From positions 960,001-1,024,000 of the forward strand of contig OZ245020.1 of assembly GCA_965223865.1 (NCBI GenBank): 64,000 nucleotides of DNA. The letters are read 5' to 3'. Shown one piece after another: positions 21,184-31,461 of this stretch. Made by a program: the position numbers and the translations under genes. Position 1 is the first letter of the stretch. The number at the start of each line of letters is the position of its first letter. The notes beneath the pieces are model-generated. The model was not told the DNA's origin. It searched no databases and saw only the letters and a program-made list of their open reading frames with translations. The DNA is from Nitrosarchaeum sp. (GTDB lineage Archaea > Thermoproteota > Nitrososphaeria > Nitrososphaerales > Nitrosopumilaceae).

Positions 21184-21279
21184 TTATCTCTCCTCGTCAG
21201 CTCCACAGTAAATACATCGTTTTGTAGATAGAATCTCAAACCAAGCAAAACTATGAACATGTCCTTCTTTACAGCTCAT
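21184..21279 (-). CDS. Putative zinc-finger micro-protein (31 aa)
   Basis: Manual translation MSCKEGHVHSFAWFEILSTKRCIYCGADEER*; C/H/H plus CxxCG. Confidence 0.45.
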   Translation of the reverse strand: MSCKEGHVHSFAWFEILSTKRCIYCGADEER

Positions 21280-21477
21280 AAAATACAAAATATTCCTCTA
21301 GAATTCAAGTAGTATAGTGAAGAAATAGTTCGATCTGGGTCAACATCTCTATTTTCTTTGGATAGTTCTTGTCTTATTCTCTAATTCGGATTATGTCTTC
21401 TAGTCATAAGATGGTGTGTTTTTTCTATTCATTTTGCCTTTATTGACTAATTGTTTATTGGTTCTAGGCTTTTTTGA

Positions 21478-22427
21478 TTATTTCATATAAGGATACAGAA
21501 TTGTTTCCCAACTACTGGAGATTTGCTCATATTCTCCATTACAATTAATACTTCTTTCTATTGGGAGAAATCCTTCCTCTATTAGGTCTTGGTTGTACTC
21601 TGGATTATGTCCATAAGCATAACAAGAAATATTGTAAAATCTCTGTATGTCTAGATTATGTACATCAGAGTAAAATGATTGTGAATGTATTTCAGATTGA
21701 ATCAAAAACCATGTTCCTACATTATACAAGATATCTTGACCTAATATCCCATCATAATCTCCCTTGTTTTCTGCAAGTAGTATAAATAAAATTGCAAACT
21801 GATCTACTGCATTTTCTTCTAATCCTGTTATTGGTAATTGGTATAAATCGATTAACGCATGGCCTAATTCATGATAAAAAATGAAATCAATTACATCCAA
21901 AGTCATTATCCCTATTTGCTCTTCAGTTATCTCTTCAGAGTAATATTCTGAAAATTCAGAATATGTAGTGTCTATAAATTCATAGCAAATAATGATTTGT
22001 TTTGTTTCTGAATCATAAAATGCATTGGATTCTTGCATTCCTGTAAAGAAATCTCTACATCATGCGGTAAATTAAACAAACTATTGAGAAATAGAATATT
22101 GGTTTCAAAATACTCTAAATCCATTATCCAATTTTTTGCAGAATACTCATAATTTGAATTTGGATTAGGATTATATTTTACGTAAAAGTCTCCCGCATCT
22201 TCATATTTGGTATTTTGAGATGAAACATTGATGATGTTATTGTTTATCATATATTCTAATGCGTTGATAAATTCGATATCAGTAACTTGCTCATCAACCC
22301 AAAATTTTGCCGTGTTTTTTATCCATGATGGAATTGTATTTTCTTCTGCCTGTACCATAAAAAACATAATTGGAGAAATTGAAATTATTCCGATTACAAT
22401 AAAAATTACAAATCCCAAATTATTCAC
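21478..22427 (-). CDS. Exported DUF4344-like putative zinc metallopeptidase, split by a frameshift near 22035
   Basis: 5' ORF has signal peptide + IPSWIKNTAKFW domain and ends ...LQEC; 3' ORF continues ESNAFYD..IIICYE, HELGH, EExAVD, H..xxQRFYNxxC. Confidence 0.75.
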
Positions 22428-22663
22428 ATTGTACCATCTTCGTTAGCAATTAATTAAAAGATCTTAATATCAAACAATTGTAGCTTTGTATTGTTACTGG
22501 TTTAGACAAGTTTACAGTTCTAACTCAAGCACTTTTGAGGTTTTCCTATATCGGTTAAATTGATGCTGGAATTCTTACAGGATCATTTAGATAGTTTAAA
22601 TGAAAAAATCTTAACCTCAAATAATTTCAAAGGTTTAAATCTGATAATCTTTGGTTGATACTT

Positions 22664-22730
22664 GACATCGAATTCAAACCGTTCGGGGAACAAGCTGGCA
22701 GTCCGTGCGTTGGACTGTCAGCCCCAACAT
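22664..22730 (+). ncRNA. Candidate structured small RNA (GC-rich hairpin)
   Basis: 11-bp stem GCTGGCAGTCC(22694-22704)/GGACTGTCAGC(22712-22722) with one G:U, extendable by GGG/CCC; TTTAAAT ~30 nt upstream; ends approximate. Confidence 0.4.
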
Positions 22731-22741
22731 AATCTCAAAAT

Positions 22742-24514
22742 TTAATTTAGTGATGCTAATTCCTTTACTTGATTCTCAATATAATCAAAACCTTCTTGCC
22801 AGAATTTAGGAGATCTTATATCAAAACCGTATTCTGATAATAATTTTTCAGGTTTTTTAGAGCCACCAGCTGCAAGGATGCTGATATATGATGGTACAAA
22901 GTCTTTGCCTTCTTTTTTATATCTCTGAAATAATGAGAGCGCAAGCAAATTCCCAAAAGAATATGCATAGCAATAAAACGGTGTATGATAAAAGTGAGGT
23001 ATGCAACTCCATTCAATTGCAAAATCCTCAGATAGATTAATTGAATCTCCAAATTGTTCTTTTAGATTTTGAAGATAGGTTTTTGATATTTCATCTACTG
23101 TTGTTCCATTTCCTATTTGTTCATGAGCATCTACCTCAAAAATTGTAAAAAATGATTGTCTCATTATAGTTGCATAAAGATCATCCATTTTTTCTGAAAG
23201 CATAATCTTTTTCTCATTATCTGAAATCTTATCTGAAAGATTATCATACAGTAACAGCTCTGAAAAAGTTGATGCAGTCTCTGCTAGTGGTAGAGGTGCA
23301 TCTTGTACAAGAATTGACCTATCTTGTGCTGATTGACTATGAACAGCATGGCCTAATTCATGAGCAAGTGTAAAAACATCTCTTGATTTTCCAGTAAAAT
23401 TGACTAGAACATATGGCGTGATTTTTGGAGTAAGTGTACTACAAAACGCTCCATCTCTTTTTCCAGTTCTGATTGATGAATCTATGTGATTTTGATCAAA
23501 AACATTTTTTGCAAAATCTCTTAGCTTTGGACTAAATCTGCCAAGCGATTCAAAAACAAGCTTTACTGATTTATCATATGGATATGTCTTTTCTTTAATG
23601 TTTGAAGCTGACGGAGCATAAAGATCATATCTTCGCAGCTTTTTCATTTTCAACATTTTTGCTTTTTGTAAAAAGAATCTTTGAAAAACATGAGAATTTT
23701 TTCTGCATATTGTAAGAAGGGATTCTATTGTCTTATCATCTACATCGTTTCCAATATTTCTCATTGATATTGGAGAATTATATCCTCGAATCTCAATTCC
23801 CTCATCTTTCCAATTAAGAACAATATTTTGATAAATCTCTCCTATCACCCCCTTGTTTTCTGTGTATTTTGTTAGGATTGTTTTGTATGCAGTCTCTCTT
23901 ATTTTGGGATTTGTACTACGAACATAATTTGTAAGCTCTTCTCTTGTCATTTTTTTTGTTTTTTTACCGATCTTCATTTTGTATTCATAAGCATTTGTAA
24001 TCTTATCATAGAGTTTTATCAAAGCAGAAATGCCAGTAACATCTAATGTGTTTATTATTCTCTCTTCTGGTTCACTAAGTGAATATTTTGCTACTAGTCT
24101 TTTATGCCCTAAATATTCTGAAAGCTCTCCAGATTTTTTCATTAATCTTTTTGCGTTTTTCTCATCAATCTGAGTCTTCCACCATAAATCAAAAAACAGA
24201 ATTTTATTTGAAATCTCAGAACCTAGCTTTGACATCTTCGTCATTAATGAAGTGGCCTCATCTGATTGTGTATTTGCTGAATATGCGAGTGATGCATATC
24301 CTCCAAGTTTGCTCATTTTTTCAGAAATATCTTCAAGATCATGTAAAATTGTCATAAATTTTTTTGATGATATATTTGGGTTTAAATTATTTTTTATTTT
24401 CTCAAATTTGGCAGCAGATATTTCTAAATTTTTTATATTTTTTTTAAAGGCAGGACTTTTTGGATCTTTTGCAAGCTCTGAGAGATTCCACTCTTCTAGT
24501 TTGTATTTGGTCAT
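22742..24514 (-). CDS. pepF: M3B oligoendopeptidase F
   Basis: WNLSEL start, GKRDGAFC, TLAHELGHAVH, LAETASTFSE, HFYHTPFYCYAY. Confidence 0.92.
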   Translation of the reverse strand: MTKYKLEEWNLSELAKDPKSPAFKKNIKNLEISAAKFEKIKNNLNPNISSKKFMTILHDLEDISEKMSKLGGYASLAYSANTQSDEATSLMTKMSKLGSEISNKILFFDLWWKTQIDEKNAKRLMKKSGELSEYLGHKRLVAKYSLSEPEERIINTLDVTGISALIKLYDKITNAYEYKMKIGKKTKKMTREELTNYVRSTNPKIRETAYKTILTKYTENKGVIGEIYQNIVLNWKDEGIEIRGYNSPISMRNIGNDVDDKTIESLLTICRKNSHVFQRFFLQKAKMLKMKKLRRYDLYAPSASNIKEKTYPYDKSVKLVFESLGRFSPKLRDFAKNVFDQNHIDSSIRTGKRDGAFCSTLTPKITPYVLVNFTGKSRDVFTLAHELGHAVHSQSAQDRSILVQDAPLPLAETASTFSELLLYDNLSDKISDNEKKIMLSEKMDDLYATIMRQSFFTIFEVDAHEQIGNGTTVDEISKTYLQNLKEQFGDSINLSEDFAIEWSCIPHFYHTPFYCYAYSFGNLLALSLFQRYKKEGKDFVPSYISILAAGGSKKPEKLLSEYGFDIRSPKFWQEGFDYIENQVKELASLN

Positions 24515-24584
24515 CTGTTTTGCCTATTTTGTAACTATTAAAAAATGAAGTGTCATTTTATGATTAATTTGAAAAATCTTGTCT

Positions 24585-24842
24585 CTAGTAGTATTTTTCA
24601 TGAATATAGCACCATTTCCAGGGATTTTTGTGAACAGCTATCATTACAGGGTGTCCAGTTTCTTTGAAATGTTGTGTTGCATGTTTTCCTACAGATGAAT
24701 CACAGCATCCAACGTGCCCACAAGTAAGACACATCCTCAGTGCAACTGTTGGAAGATGCTCTTTTTCACATTCCTCACATCCTTTTGTATTTGGAGTAAT
24801 TTCTTTATTTTCGTAAGAAAAATGCTCACAATCTTGTGACAT
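24585..24842 (-). CDS. UBP-type zinc finger protein
   Basis: CEH, CEEC, LRMCLTCGHVGCCDSS, HATQHF, WKWCY. Confidence 0.9.
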   Translation of the reverse strand: MSQDCEHFSYENKEITPNTKGCEECEKEHLPTVALRMCLTCGHVGCCDSSVGKHATQHFKETGHPVMIAVHKNPWKWCYIHEKYY

Positions 24843-24874
24843 TACAATTGGAGACAAACACTAGGATGTAAATT

Positions 24875-25414
24875 TTAGTATTTTTTTAGAGTGTTTCTGT
24901 ATCTCTTGATTGAATCAACTATTACTGTTTTTGCTTCCTTTGTTGGTTTCCATCCTAGAATTTCCACTTTTTTCCCTTCTAAATCCTTGTAAACTTGGAA
25001 AAAGTGTGCAATTTCTGACCTATAATGATCTTCAATATCTGAAATGTCGACTGTGTGAAGATATCTTGGATCATTTGTTGACACGCAAATGATTTTGTCA
25101 TCTAGACTTCCTTCATCTTTCATCTGAAGTAATCCGATTGGCCTTGCTTCAATTAGAACTCCAGGGTATGTTGGATTAGTAACTAGTACTAATGCATCAA
25201 GTGGATCTCCATCTTCAGATAATGTCTGTGGTACGATTCCATAATCTCCTGGATAGTGAAATGGTGAGAATAATACTCTGTCAAGCTTCATCATGTTATG
25301 TTTTTTGTCATATTCGTATTTGTTCATGGACCCTTTTGGTATTTCTACGATAACATTGATAATTTCAGGAATGTCTGCCCCTGATTCAATATCGTGCCAA
25401 AAATTCTTGCTCAT
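24875..25414 (-). CDS. ppa: Inorganic pyrophosphatase (family I)
   Basis: EIPKGS.NKYE, YPGDYG, DGDPLD, DDKI, HFFQVYKDLE. Confidence 0.95.
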   Translation of the reverse strand: MSKNFWHDIESGADIPEIINVIVEIPKGSMNKYEYDKKHNMMKLDRVLFSPFHYPGDYGIVPQTLSEDGDPLDALVLVTNPTYPGVLIEARPIGLLQMKDEGSLDDKIICVSTNDPRYLHTVDISDIEDHYRSEIAHFFQVYKDLEGKKVEILGWKPTKEAKTVIVDSIKRYRNTLKKY

Positions 25415-25745
25415 TTTACAGTTTTTCTCAGAATTCAAACAGTATATGAATTCTATGAAAAAATCCTTGGCTGAGGTTTTTTCTATGAATAAAATTTTGT
25501 AAAGTGAGTTTTTTACTTTTGAATTTAATAAAATATCTCAAAATCTCTTTTTTTCTAAATTCTATTTATCATAATATCTTACAATTCTTTGATTACATCT
25601 GAAATTTAGGACGTCAAAATTTTTCTGTTATTGATTTTTCTATGGGAATGGCTCAGATGGGAAATGGGGCACACTAGTCTCTTTTTTTAGTTCTAAACTG
25701 TACTGTTAACTAAGTTTTTATAAAATTCATTTCGTATAAAATTAG

Positions 25746-26132
25746 TTGACGTCCGAAGAACATGAACGATTAGCAAAAGAGATCTTTAATGCTGATCCAC
25801 AAATTGTTCATCTAGGCCTAATCGATTTGGAAGGAAATGTTTTACTTGATCAGTCTTCAGCTGCGTCTGGCCCAAATGAACCTGATCTTGCTAGAAAATC
25901 ATTTTATCATCAACTTGGTGTGAGACGAAATTCTAGAGAACATTTTGATGAAGCCTATGGGAAAACTGATTACATACACATTACTAGAGAAAAAATGCAG
26001 CAAGCGATTTTATACTTGCCACAGATTACAGTTTATCTTACTTTGGAGAAAGCTATGACCCCTGAGGAGGTAAAAACTGCTGCTCAAAAAATCAAATTGC
26101 TTGATAGCGATATTATGAAGAGTGGAATTTAA
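25746..26132 (+). CDS. Hypothetical protein, roadblock/DUF6659-like
   Basis: 128 aa; pattern (I.HLGLIDLEG...R..FD..YG..DY) resembles ORF 35281-35673. Confidence 0.55.
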   Translation: MTSEEHERLAKEIFNADPQIVHLGLIDLEGNVLLDQSSAASGPNEPDLARKSFYHQLGVRRNSREHFDEAYGKTDYIHITREKMQQAILYLPQITVYLTLEKAMTPEEVKTAAQKIKLLDSDIMKSGI

Positions 26133-26190
26133 TCTCAAATAAATCCAGAATTATTTTCTACACATTTTATATTTTAATGAAAATTTCTAA

Positions 26191-26331
26191 CTATTCCTCT
26201 GTAGTACGAATTGTGTGATTTTCAGCATCCACATAATTTTTGCACATATTGCAAAGCCATAATGTCATGTTCATTTCTTTTCTCCATTTAGGGTATCTTC
26301 TGCCATTACATTTTTCACAATATATTGGCAT
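26191..26331 (-). CDS. Zinc-ribbon micro-protein (46 aa)
   Basis: Manual translation MPIYCEKCNGRRYPKWRKEMNMTLWLCNMCKNYVDAENHTIRTTEE*; two CxxC. Confidence 0.65.
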   Translation of the reverse strand: MPIYCEKCNGRRYPKWRKEMNMTLWLCNMCKNYVDAENHTIRTTEE

Positions 26332-26432
26332 AAGACAATTTGATATTTTCGCTTATTTGTATTAGTCGATTATCTTTATTGTTATTAACACTCTTCATAG
26401 ATGTGATCTTTTGAGAATTAAACTAGGGAGTA

Positions 26433-27404
26433 TTATGTGTATTCTACATCATAATTAAAATCTGCAAATAGTGCTGCGTGGTCTGGTTCAGGGAAAAAAC
26501 GTTTGGGTCGTGACGGTCTATAGTGTTCTTCTCTAAGAAATTCATTGTGAGCAGATGCTGTAATAAAATAGGGAAGTTGGGCTCTTGATATCAAAATATG
26601 ATCTATCATTATGCCTTTACCACGGAAAATATATGAAAATCTTTTCTCAGAAGGTAATGATAATTCGCATGGCAATAATTCATTCATTCGTAAACTCTCG
26701 TTGTTTGCTCCCAAATGGTCACCTATTATGGTCTGAACAGTAGCAGAAGAAAGATCTGCATTGAAATCTCCCATAACTACAATTTTTGATTCAGGATCAT
26801 TTTCAAAAAGTTGATCCAATCTGCGTCTCAAATATCTGGCTTGTCCTACTCGACGAAGTGTACTTACATATGCTCCATCTGCGTATTCGGTGAGATTATC
26901 CCATGTATTGCCTGCCCCTGACTTTTTTGTTGGGATTTTTGATTTAAGATGAACTACAAAAAAACGAATTGTAGTAGAATTGTTGTTTACTAAGGGAATC
27001 TGAATAGGGAGTTCAAGTAGCGGTCTATCCCAAGGAATTGTAAAATTAATGTCAACATCATCATTGTTAGTCCAATGAAAATTTTCACTATTATCATGTG
27101 GCTCTAGATTGCTTTGGTCTATCGGAAAGCGTGAAACAATTGCGCTTTTTATTCCAAAACCTGCAGATTGTGTTTTAACTATGGTACTTTTGTAGGGAAT
27201 AAAGGAATCTGGCAATTCTTCCAAAATTTCTGTAAGAAAATTTTCATTGACAAGTTCTTCAAAACCTAAAATATCTGCATTCATTCTAAAAATTATTTCT
27301 TGAAGAGCTTTCTTTTTTGCAGCACGTTCTACTGGTTCATTCGGAGGACTCAATTTTTCTAAATTTAAAACACCTATTCTGAGAGGCAAATCTGAATTGT
27401 ACAT
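26433..27404 (-). CDS. Endonuclease/exonuclease/phosphatase family protein
   Basis: LRIGVLNLE, DILGFEE, VHLKS, VMGDFN, IDHILIS, PDH. Confidence 0.88.
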   Translation of the reverse strand: MYNSDLPLRIGVLNLEKLSPPNEPVERAAKKKALQEIIFRMNADILGFEELVNENFLTEILEELPDSFIPYKSTIVKTQSAGFGIKSAIVSRFPIDQSNLEPHDNSENFHWTNNDDVDINFTIPWDRPLLELPIQIPLVNNNSTTIRFFVVHLKSKIPTKKSGAGNTWDNLTEYADGAYVSTLRRVGQARYLRRRLDQLFENDPESKIVVMGDFNADLSSATVQTIIGDHLGANNESLRMNELLPCELSLPSEKRFSYIFRGKGIMIDHILISRAQLPYFITASAHNEFLREEHYRPSRPKRFFPEPDHAALFADFNYDVEYT

Positions 27405-27675
27405 GGGATTTTTATATAAAAGGATTCTTTGTGTTGCTTAATTATCTGTGACACATTAATCTACGTTGTTGGAAGGATCAATAAAACCAAATTATGTCGT
27501 GAATATATGGCTGAGATAGTTTTATTACGAGTACACAAAGAACTGATGTGTATTTTTTGTGAATCAAAAATAATTAATTTTCCTTTCCAACACTAATTCT
27601 TATTCATTAGTTTCTGACAGTTTCTATTGATCAGATATAATATGCAAAAGAACAATTCTCAAAGGATATCTATTT

Positions 27676-28086
27676 TCATCTTCTCTTTTGTTTAGGCGCA
27701 ATTTGATTAGTTTCTTGTAAAACTTGCTTAATTACATTTAGATCAACGTCTTCTAATTTCCTAAATCGAATGCAACTTTTACCGACATTGGATTTTGGCA
27801 AATCCTTTTTGTGTTTTTCCGCGATGTACTTCTTCCCATCAGATAAGCAGGTATAAAGCGAAATGTAATTTTTCTGACTCGATAACCCTATTACCATCCA
27901 ATCTCCTTCACGTCCTGATGCATATTTGTAATGATATGTTCCATACCCTAACATTCCATATTTCATATGAGGTTTTAGATTCGGAACTATTTTACGAATA
28001 AAACTGTGTAATTTCTTTATCTCTTTTTTGCGTGGCTCTTTAAGTGAGTTGATATATTCAGTTGGTGTCTTTGCATTGCTTTTCAT
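27676..28086 (-). CDS. DUF1801 domain protein
   Basis: YINSL.EPRK, MLGYG.YHYKYASGREGDW, QKNYISLY, GKSCIRF. Confidence 0.85.
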   Translation of the reverse strand: MKSNAKTPTEYINSLKEPRKKEIKKLHSFIRKIVPNLKPHMKYGMLGYGTYHYKYASGREGDWMVIGLSSQKNYISLYTCLSDGKKYIAEKHKKDLPKSNVGKSCIRFRKLEDVDLNVIKQVLQETNQIAPKQKRR

Positions 28087-28149
28087 TTTTTATCTCTAAT
28101 GAAATTACTCATAAATCCTTCTCTAATTTTGTATTCAATAATATGAAAA

Positions 28150-28169
28150 TGGACCGGATGGGATTCAAC
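28150..28169 (-). mobile_element. tRNA-Ala 3'-end fragment, possible att site
   Basis: Reverse complement GTTGAATCCCATCCGGTCCA = T-loop remnant, T-stem and acceptor 3' strand CCGGTCC-A (U70); no 5' half of a tRNA present. Confidence 0.5.
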
Positions 28170-28312
28170 TACCAAAATGGGTATAATTTTTGGCCCATTC
28201 AGTTGAATTCAACTGTTCTGATGGTGTAAATTTGTCTTTAGATTTTATAGTTTCAAACTAGTTTAACAAACCTCGTCTCTGAAAAATGAATTCTAGTATG
28301 CTTATTCTCGAT

Positions 28313-28852
28313 TTAGTCCAATTCTATCTCAATGTTGATGGTACTATCAGTAACGTCAACTCTGACCTCGTTTTTTGTTAAACTTTCAATAGGAGTCTTG
28401 AACAGTTCTGCTATTTGCCAAGACCAATTTATTCCCATTTCATGGTATAATGCATACTTGATTTTGTTGCCTGTTACTTCTTTTTTGTAATCTATGTTGG
28501 AATCTGCCATCCAGTATTCTAGTGCCTTTAGATGTTCTTCTGCAGAAAATCCTGTTCTCAAAATCTTGCAAATTGCTTCAGGATATTCTAGTGCCTGCTT
28601 TCTTGCAATTTCCCTTGATTCTTCTATGCTATATTTTGATAAAATCTGCGTGACCCATTTTTTTGGAACAAATACAAATCCCGCAACTTGAGCTGCTGAT
28701 CTAAACTCTGCATGACTCTCAAAAATTTGGTTTGCAAGAACATTCAAACTAATCTTCTTCTTTTTTGATTCTATCTTCAATTTGTCTAAGATTTCTTTGT
28801 TAACTCTAAATGTGGACAATTCAGTTTCTTTTTTCTTTTCCATGATGTGCAC
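28313..28852 (-). CDS. Putative transcriptional regulator (N-terminal ribbon-helix-helix-like)
   Basis: STFRVNKEILDKLK.ES...ISLN.LANQI; C-terminal HEMGINWS domain. Confidence 0.6.
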   Translation of the reverse strand: MHIMEKKKETELSTFRVNKEILDKLKIESKKKKISLNVLANQIFESHAEFRSAAQVAGFVFVPKKWVTQILSKYSIEESREIARKQALEYPEAICKILRTGFSAEEHLKALEYWMADSNIDYKKEVTGNKIKYALYHEMGINWSWQIAELFKTPIESLTKNEVRVDVTDSTINIEIELD

Positions 28853-28896
28853 AGTGTGTACGTATTATTTATCTACAATTTATCCTAACAATATTT

Positions 28897-29913
28897 GTGA
28901 AATTAATATTATTTGCAGTTGTTCCTCTTATCCTGTCAATAGGAGTTACCCCTGTTTTGCCATTTGATTTTATTCCTGAAGCTGATGCCGTAAAAGCCAA
29001 AGGAAATTCTCTTACTGAAACAAACTCCAAGAAGGTTTGTGGCGATAGACTTTGTTCTGAACTTGCATCCAAAAAATCATCCATTTTAGAAGATTCTGAA
29101 AATGCTCCTGGAACTGTTGTTTATCAGAATGGTCTTTATCATTTAATTGAAGTCTCTGAAGGTGTTTACAGTTTTGGTAATTTGATTTATCTTTCTTTGG
29201 TGATAGTTACAGATGAAGGCGCGATTGTTGTAGATCCAAATACTGTGGAGCATTCTGAAGAAATGCTTCAAGCCGTTAAAGCAATTACCTATCAGCCCGT
29301 AAAATATTTGATTTACAGCCATAATCATTGGGACCATTCTATAGGAGGCCAGGTCTTCAAAGACCACGGAGCAACTGTTCTGAGTCATGTTGAGACAAGG
29401 GATTGGTTTTTGGAAAACCCACACCCAGACGTTGTAGTTCCAGATGAGATTTGGGAAGGAAGCAAAAAGACGATTGTCCTAGGCGGTAAAACACTTGAAC
29501 TTCATCAATTTGGCCCCAGTCACGGGGAAGGAATGACAGTTTTCTATTTACCTGATGAAAAAATTATTTTTGTTGGGGACTTGGTAACTCCAAAAACAGT
29601 TGGTTTTGGAATTCTAGGAGACTTTGTCCCATCTGAATGGGAGAGAACCTTGAGCGAAGTAGAAAAACTTGACTTTGACATTGCGATGTACAGCCACAAG
29701 AAACCCTTTGGTCCTGCTTATGAAGTGACTGAACAAAGAGAATACTTGAAGGATTTGAGAGAAGAAATTTCTAGCATGATAAAGGACGGAGTACCTCCAA
29801 TAACAATTCCATCTGCCATAGAACTTCCAAAGTATCAAGATTGGGGAGCATATGATCAATGGCTTGAAATGAATGCATGGAGAACGTTATTTGAAGTCTG
29901 GATTGGATGGTAA
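28897..29913 (+). CDS. Exported MBL-fold metallo-hydrolase
   Basis: Signal peptide, VCGDRLCSE motif, HNHWDH, PSHG, VGDL, YSH. Confidence 0.85.
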   Translation: MKLILFAVVPLILSIGVTPVLPFDFIPEADAVKAKGNSLTETNSKKVCGDRLCSELASKKSSILEDSENAPGTVVYQNGLYHLIEVSEGVYSFGNLIYLSLVIVTDEGAIVVDPNTVEHSEEMLQAVKAITYQPVKYLIYSHNHWDHSIGGQVFKDHGATVLSHVETRDWFLENPHPDVVVPDEIWEGSKKTIVLGGKTLELHQFGPSHGEGMTVFYLPDEKIIFVGDLVTPKTVGFGILGDFVPSEWERTLSEVEKLDFDIAMYSHKKPFGPAYEVTEQREYLKDLREEISSMIKDGVPPITIPSAIELPKYQDWGAYDQWLEMNAWRTLFEVWIGW

Positions 29914-30014
29914 GAAATCCTCCAGTTTATTTCGTTAGAAAATTCTGCTGTTTTTGAGGGCTATATAACATGACATGAACTCATGATGTTCTCCTAGACG
30001 CAGATAGGAATAAA

Positions 30015-31460
30015 CTAAATCCGTTTTCTAACTTGCCATATTACTATTACAGGTACTACCAAATACATTCCAATATTCATTAAAATTACTCCAATACCAT
30101 ATCCTAAAACCTCCTCTTCAGAGTCTGCCATTGACATTATAGAAAGAGATGACAACATTGGAGTTATTCCAATCTTTACTAGTTCTTTGAATGCTGGGTT
30201 TTCTCTTTCATAGTCTGCAATGTATGGTGAAAATGAATAGTATGCCTGGTTGAATCCTGTCATAAATGAAGCACCAGAGTTTGTTGTCATTACCTTGCCA
30301 TCTCTGATTTCCCTCAATAACTGTACTTGGGGTGCCATCTCAGAGCCATACGTTGCAGTTGCAATTAGACAACCACCTCCTTCCATTCCAAAAAAACTAT
30401 CTTGATTTTCCTCTTTTACACATTGACCATCTTTGAAAATCATGCCTGACTCACATTGAATTTCTTGCACAACAGATGTTTTATTTGAAATAACAGTAAT
30501 AGTTTGAACAGCACTGTCAGCATCAGTATATGTTATTGCAATATTGTTAGGATCCCTTATTTCTGAAAACCTGGCCTGAAAATTATGCGTTCCCCCACCG
30601 ACAAAAATATTCTCAGACCATTCATTAGGCTGAATTTTTGCTTGTGGTAATCCATCAACATAGATCTCTACTGAATGCATGAGCAATGTAATGGGTATTT
30701 GCAAGTCATCAGTAAGTATAGTTTTGACTTTGACATGCTCTGATAGGTCTCCTTGATTTACCTGTAAGTGCAAATTAGTAGGAACAATCTTTTGCAACTG
30801 GATTTGCTTGGCGACATTTTGGGTTTGAATATCAGAGGTGTGTTCCCCCAGGGGTATTTTGGCAATTGCTAGATTGACGTTTCCTCCATTTTTCATTTTG
30901 ATTATGACATTCATCTCAACTTTGAGTGAATCAAATGCTCCAATATTCTCATTTACAAACACTTGGAATTTTCTAACATCTTCTGAATCAAACAATACTG
31001 ATTCTGGAGTTATCGTAGCTGGCCCTCTGATTATAGGCTGTATCTGAATGTGTGGCATTGCAAAAACCTGGCCTACCAAGCTTTCTGGTATCTCTATAGT
31101 TTTTTCTTCACCAATTTTTAATTCGTCTTCAAAGGTACCCAGTATTTTTTCATCTTGCAAAAATATTGTAACAAGCTTTCCTGGTTTATTTGCTGTAACC
31201 AATATATCAAAATCACTTCCTGCATGAACCAATTCTGTACTAAGTATCTCTAAAGGAATAGAATATTCCATTTGAACTGAAAAAGTGCCATAGAGAGGAA
31301 CATATTGAGAATAAACAGTATCTTGTCCTTTGATTTCATGTTGATTGCTCGACTCTTGCGCAAATATGTTATCGTATGAATTACCCAATACCACAATCAT
31401 GAACGAGAATACCAAAAATACAACACAGAGTTTATCGATAGATCCTGTAGCTAAATTCAC
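30015..31460 (-). CDS. Exported protein with CFI-box-CTERM domain
   Basis: Signal peptide; GGGCLIATATYGSEMAPQVQLLREIRD...YYSFSP and final TM. Confidence 0.85.
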   Translation of the reverse strand: MNLATGSIDKLCVVFLVFSFMIVVLGNSYDNIFAQESSNQHEIKGQDTVYSQYVPLYGTFSVQMEYSIPLEILSTELVHAGSDFDILVTANKPGKLVTIFLQDEKILGTFEDELKIGEEKTIEIPESLVGQVFAMPHIQIQPIIRGPATITPESVLFDSEDVRKFQVFVNENIGAFDSLKVEMNVIIKMKNGGNVNLAIAKIPLGEHTSDIQTQNVAKQIQLQKIVPTNLHLQVNQGDLSEHVKVKTILTDDLQIPITLLMHSVEIYVDGLPQAKIQPNEWSENIFVGGGTHNFQARFSEIRDPNNIAITYTDADSAVQTITVISNKTSVVQEIQCESGMIFKDGQCVKEENQDSFFGMEGGGCLIATATYGSEMAPQVQLLREIRDGKVMTTNSGASFMTGFNQAYYSFSPYIADYERENPAFKELVKIGITPMLSSLSIMSMADSEEEVLGYGIGVILMNIGMYLVVPVIVIWQVRKRI

Positions 31461-31461
31461 T

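Noticed and set aside
22685-22725. Hairpin as intrinsic terminator of pepF
   Set aside because: On the pepF strand the stem has a C-A mismatch and no U-tract follows; archaeal termination mostly uses U-tracts
28150-28215. Possible complete tRNA gene
   Set aside because: Only the 3' ~20 nt are tRNA-like; no D- or anticodon arm, so kept only as a possible att fragment
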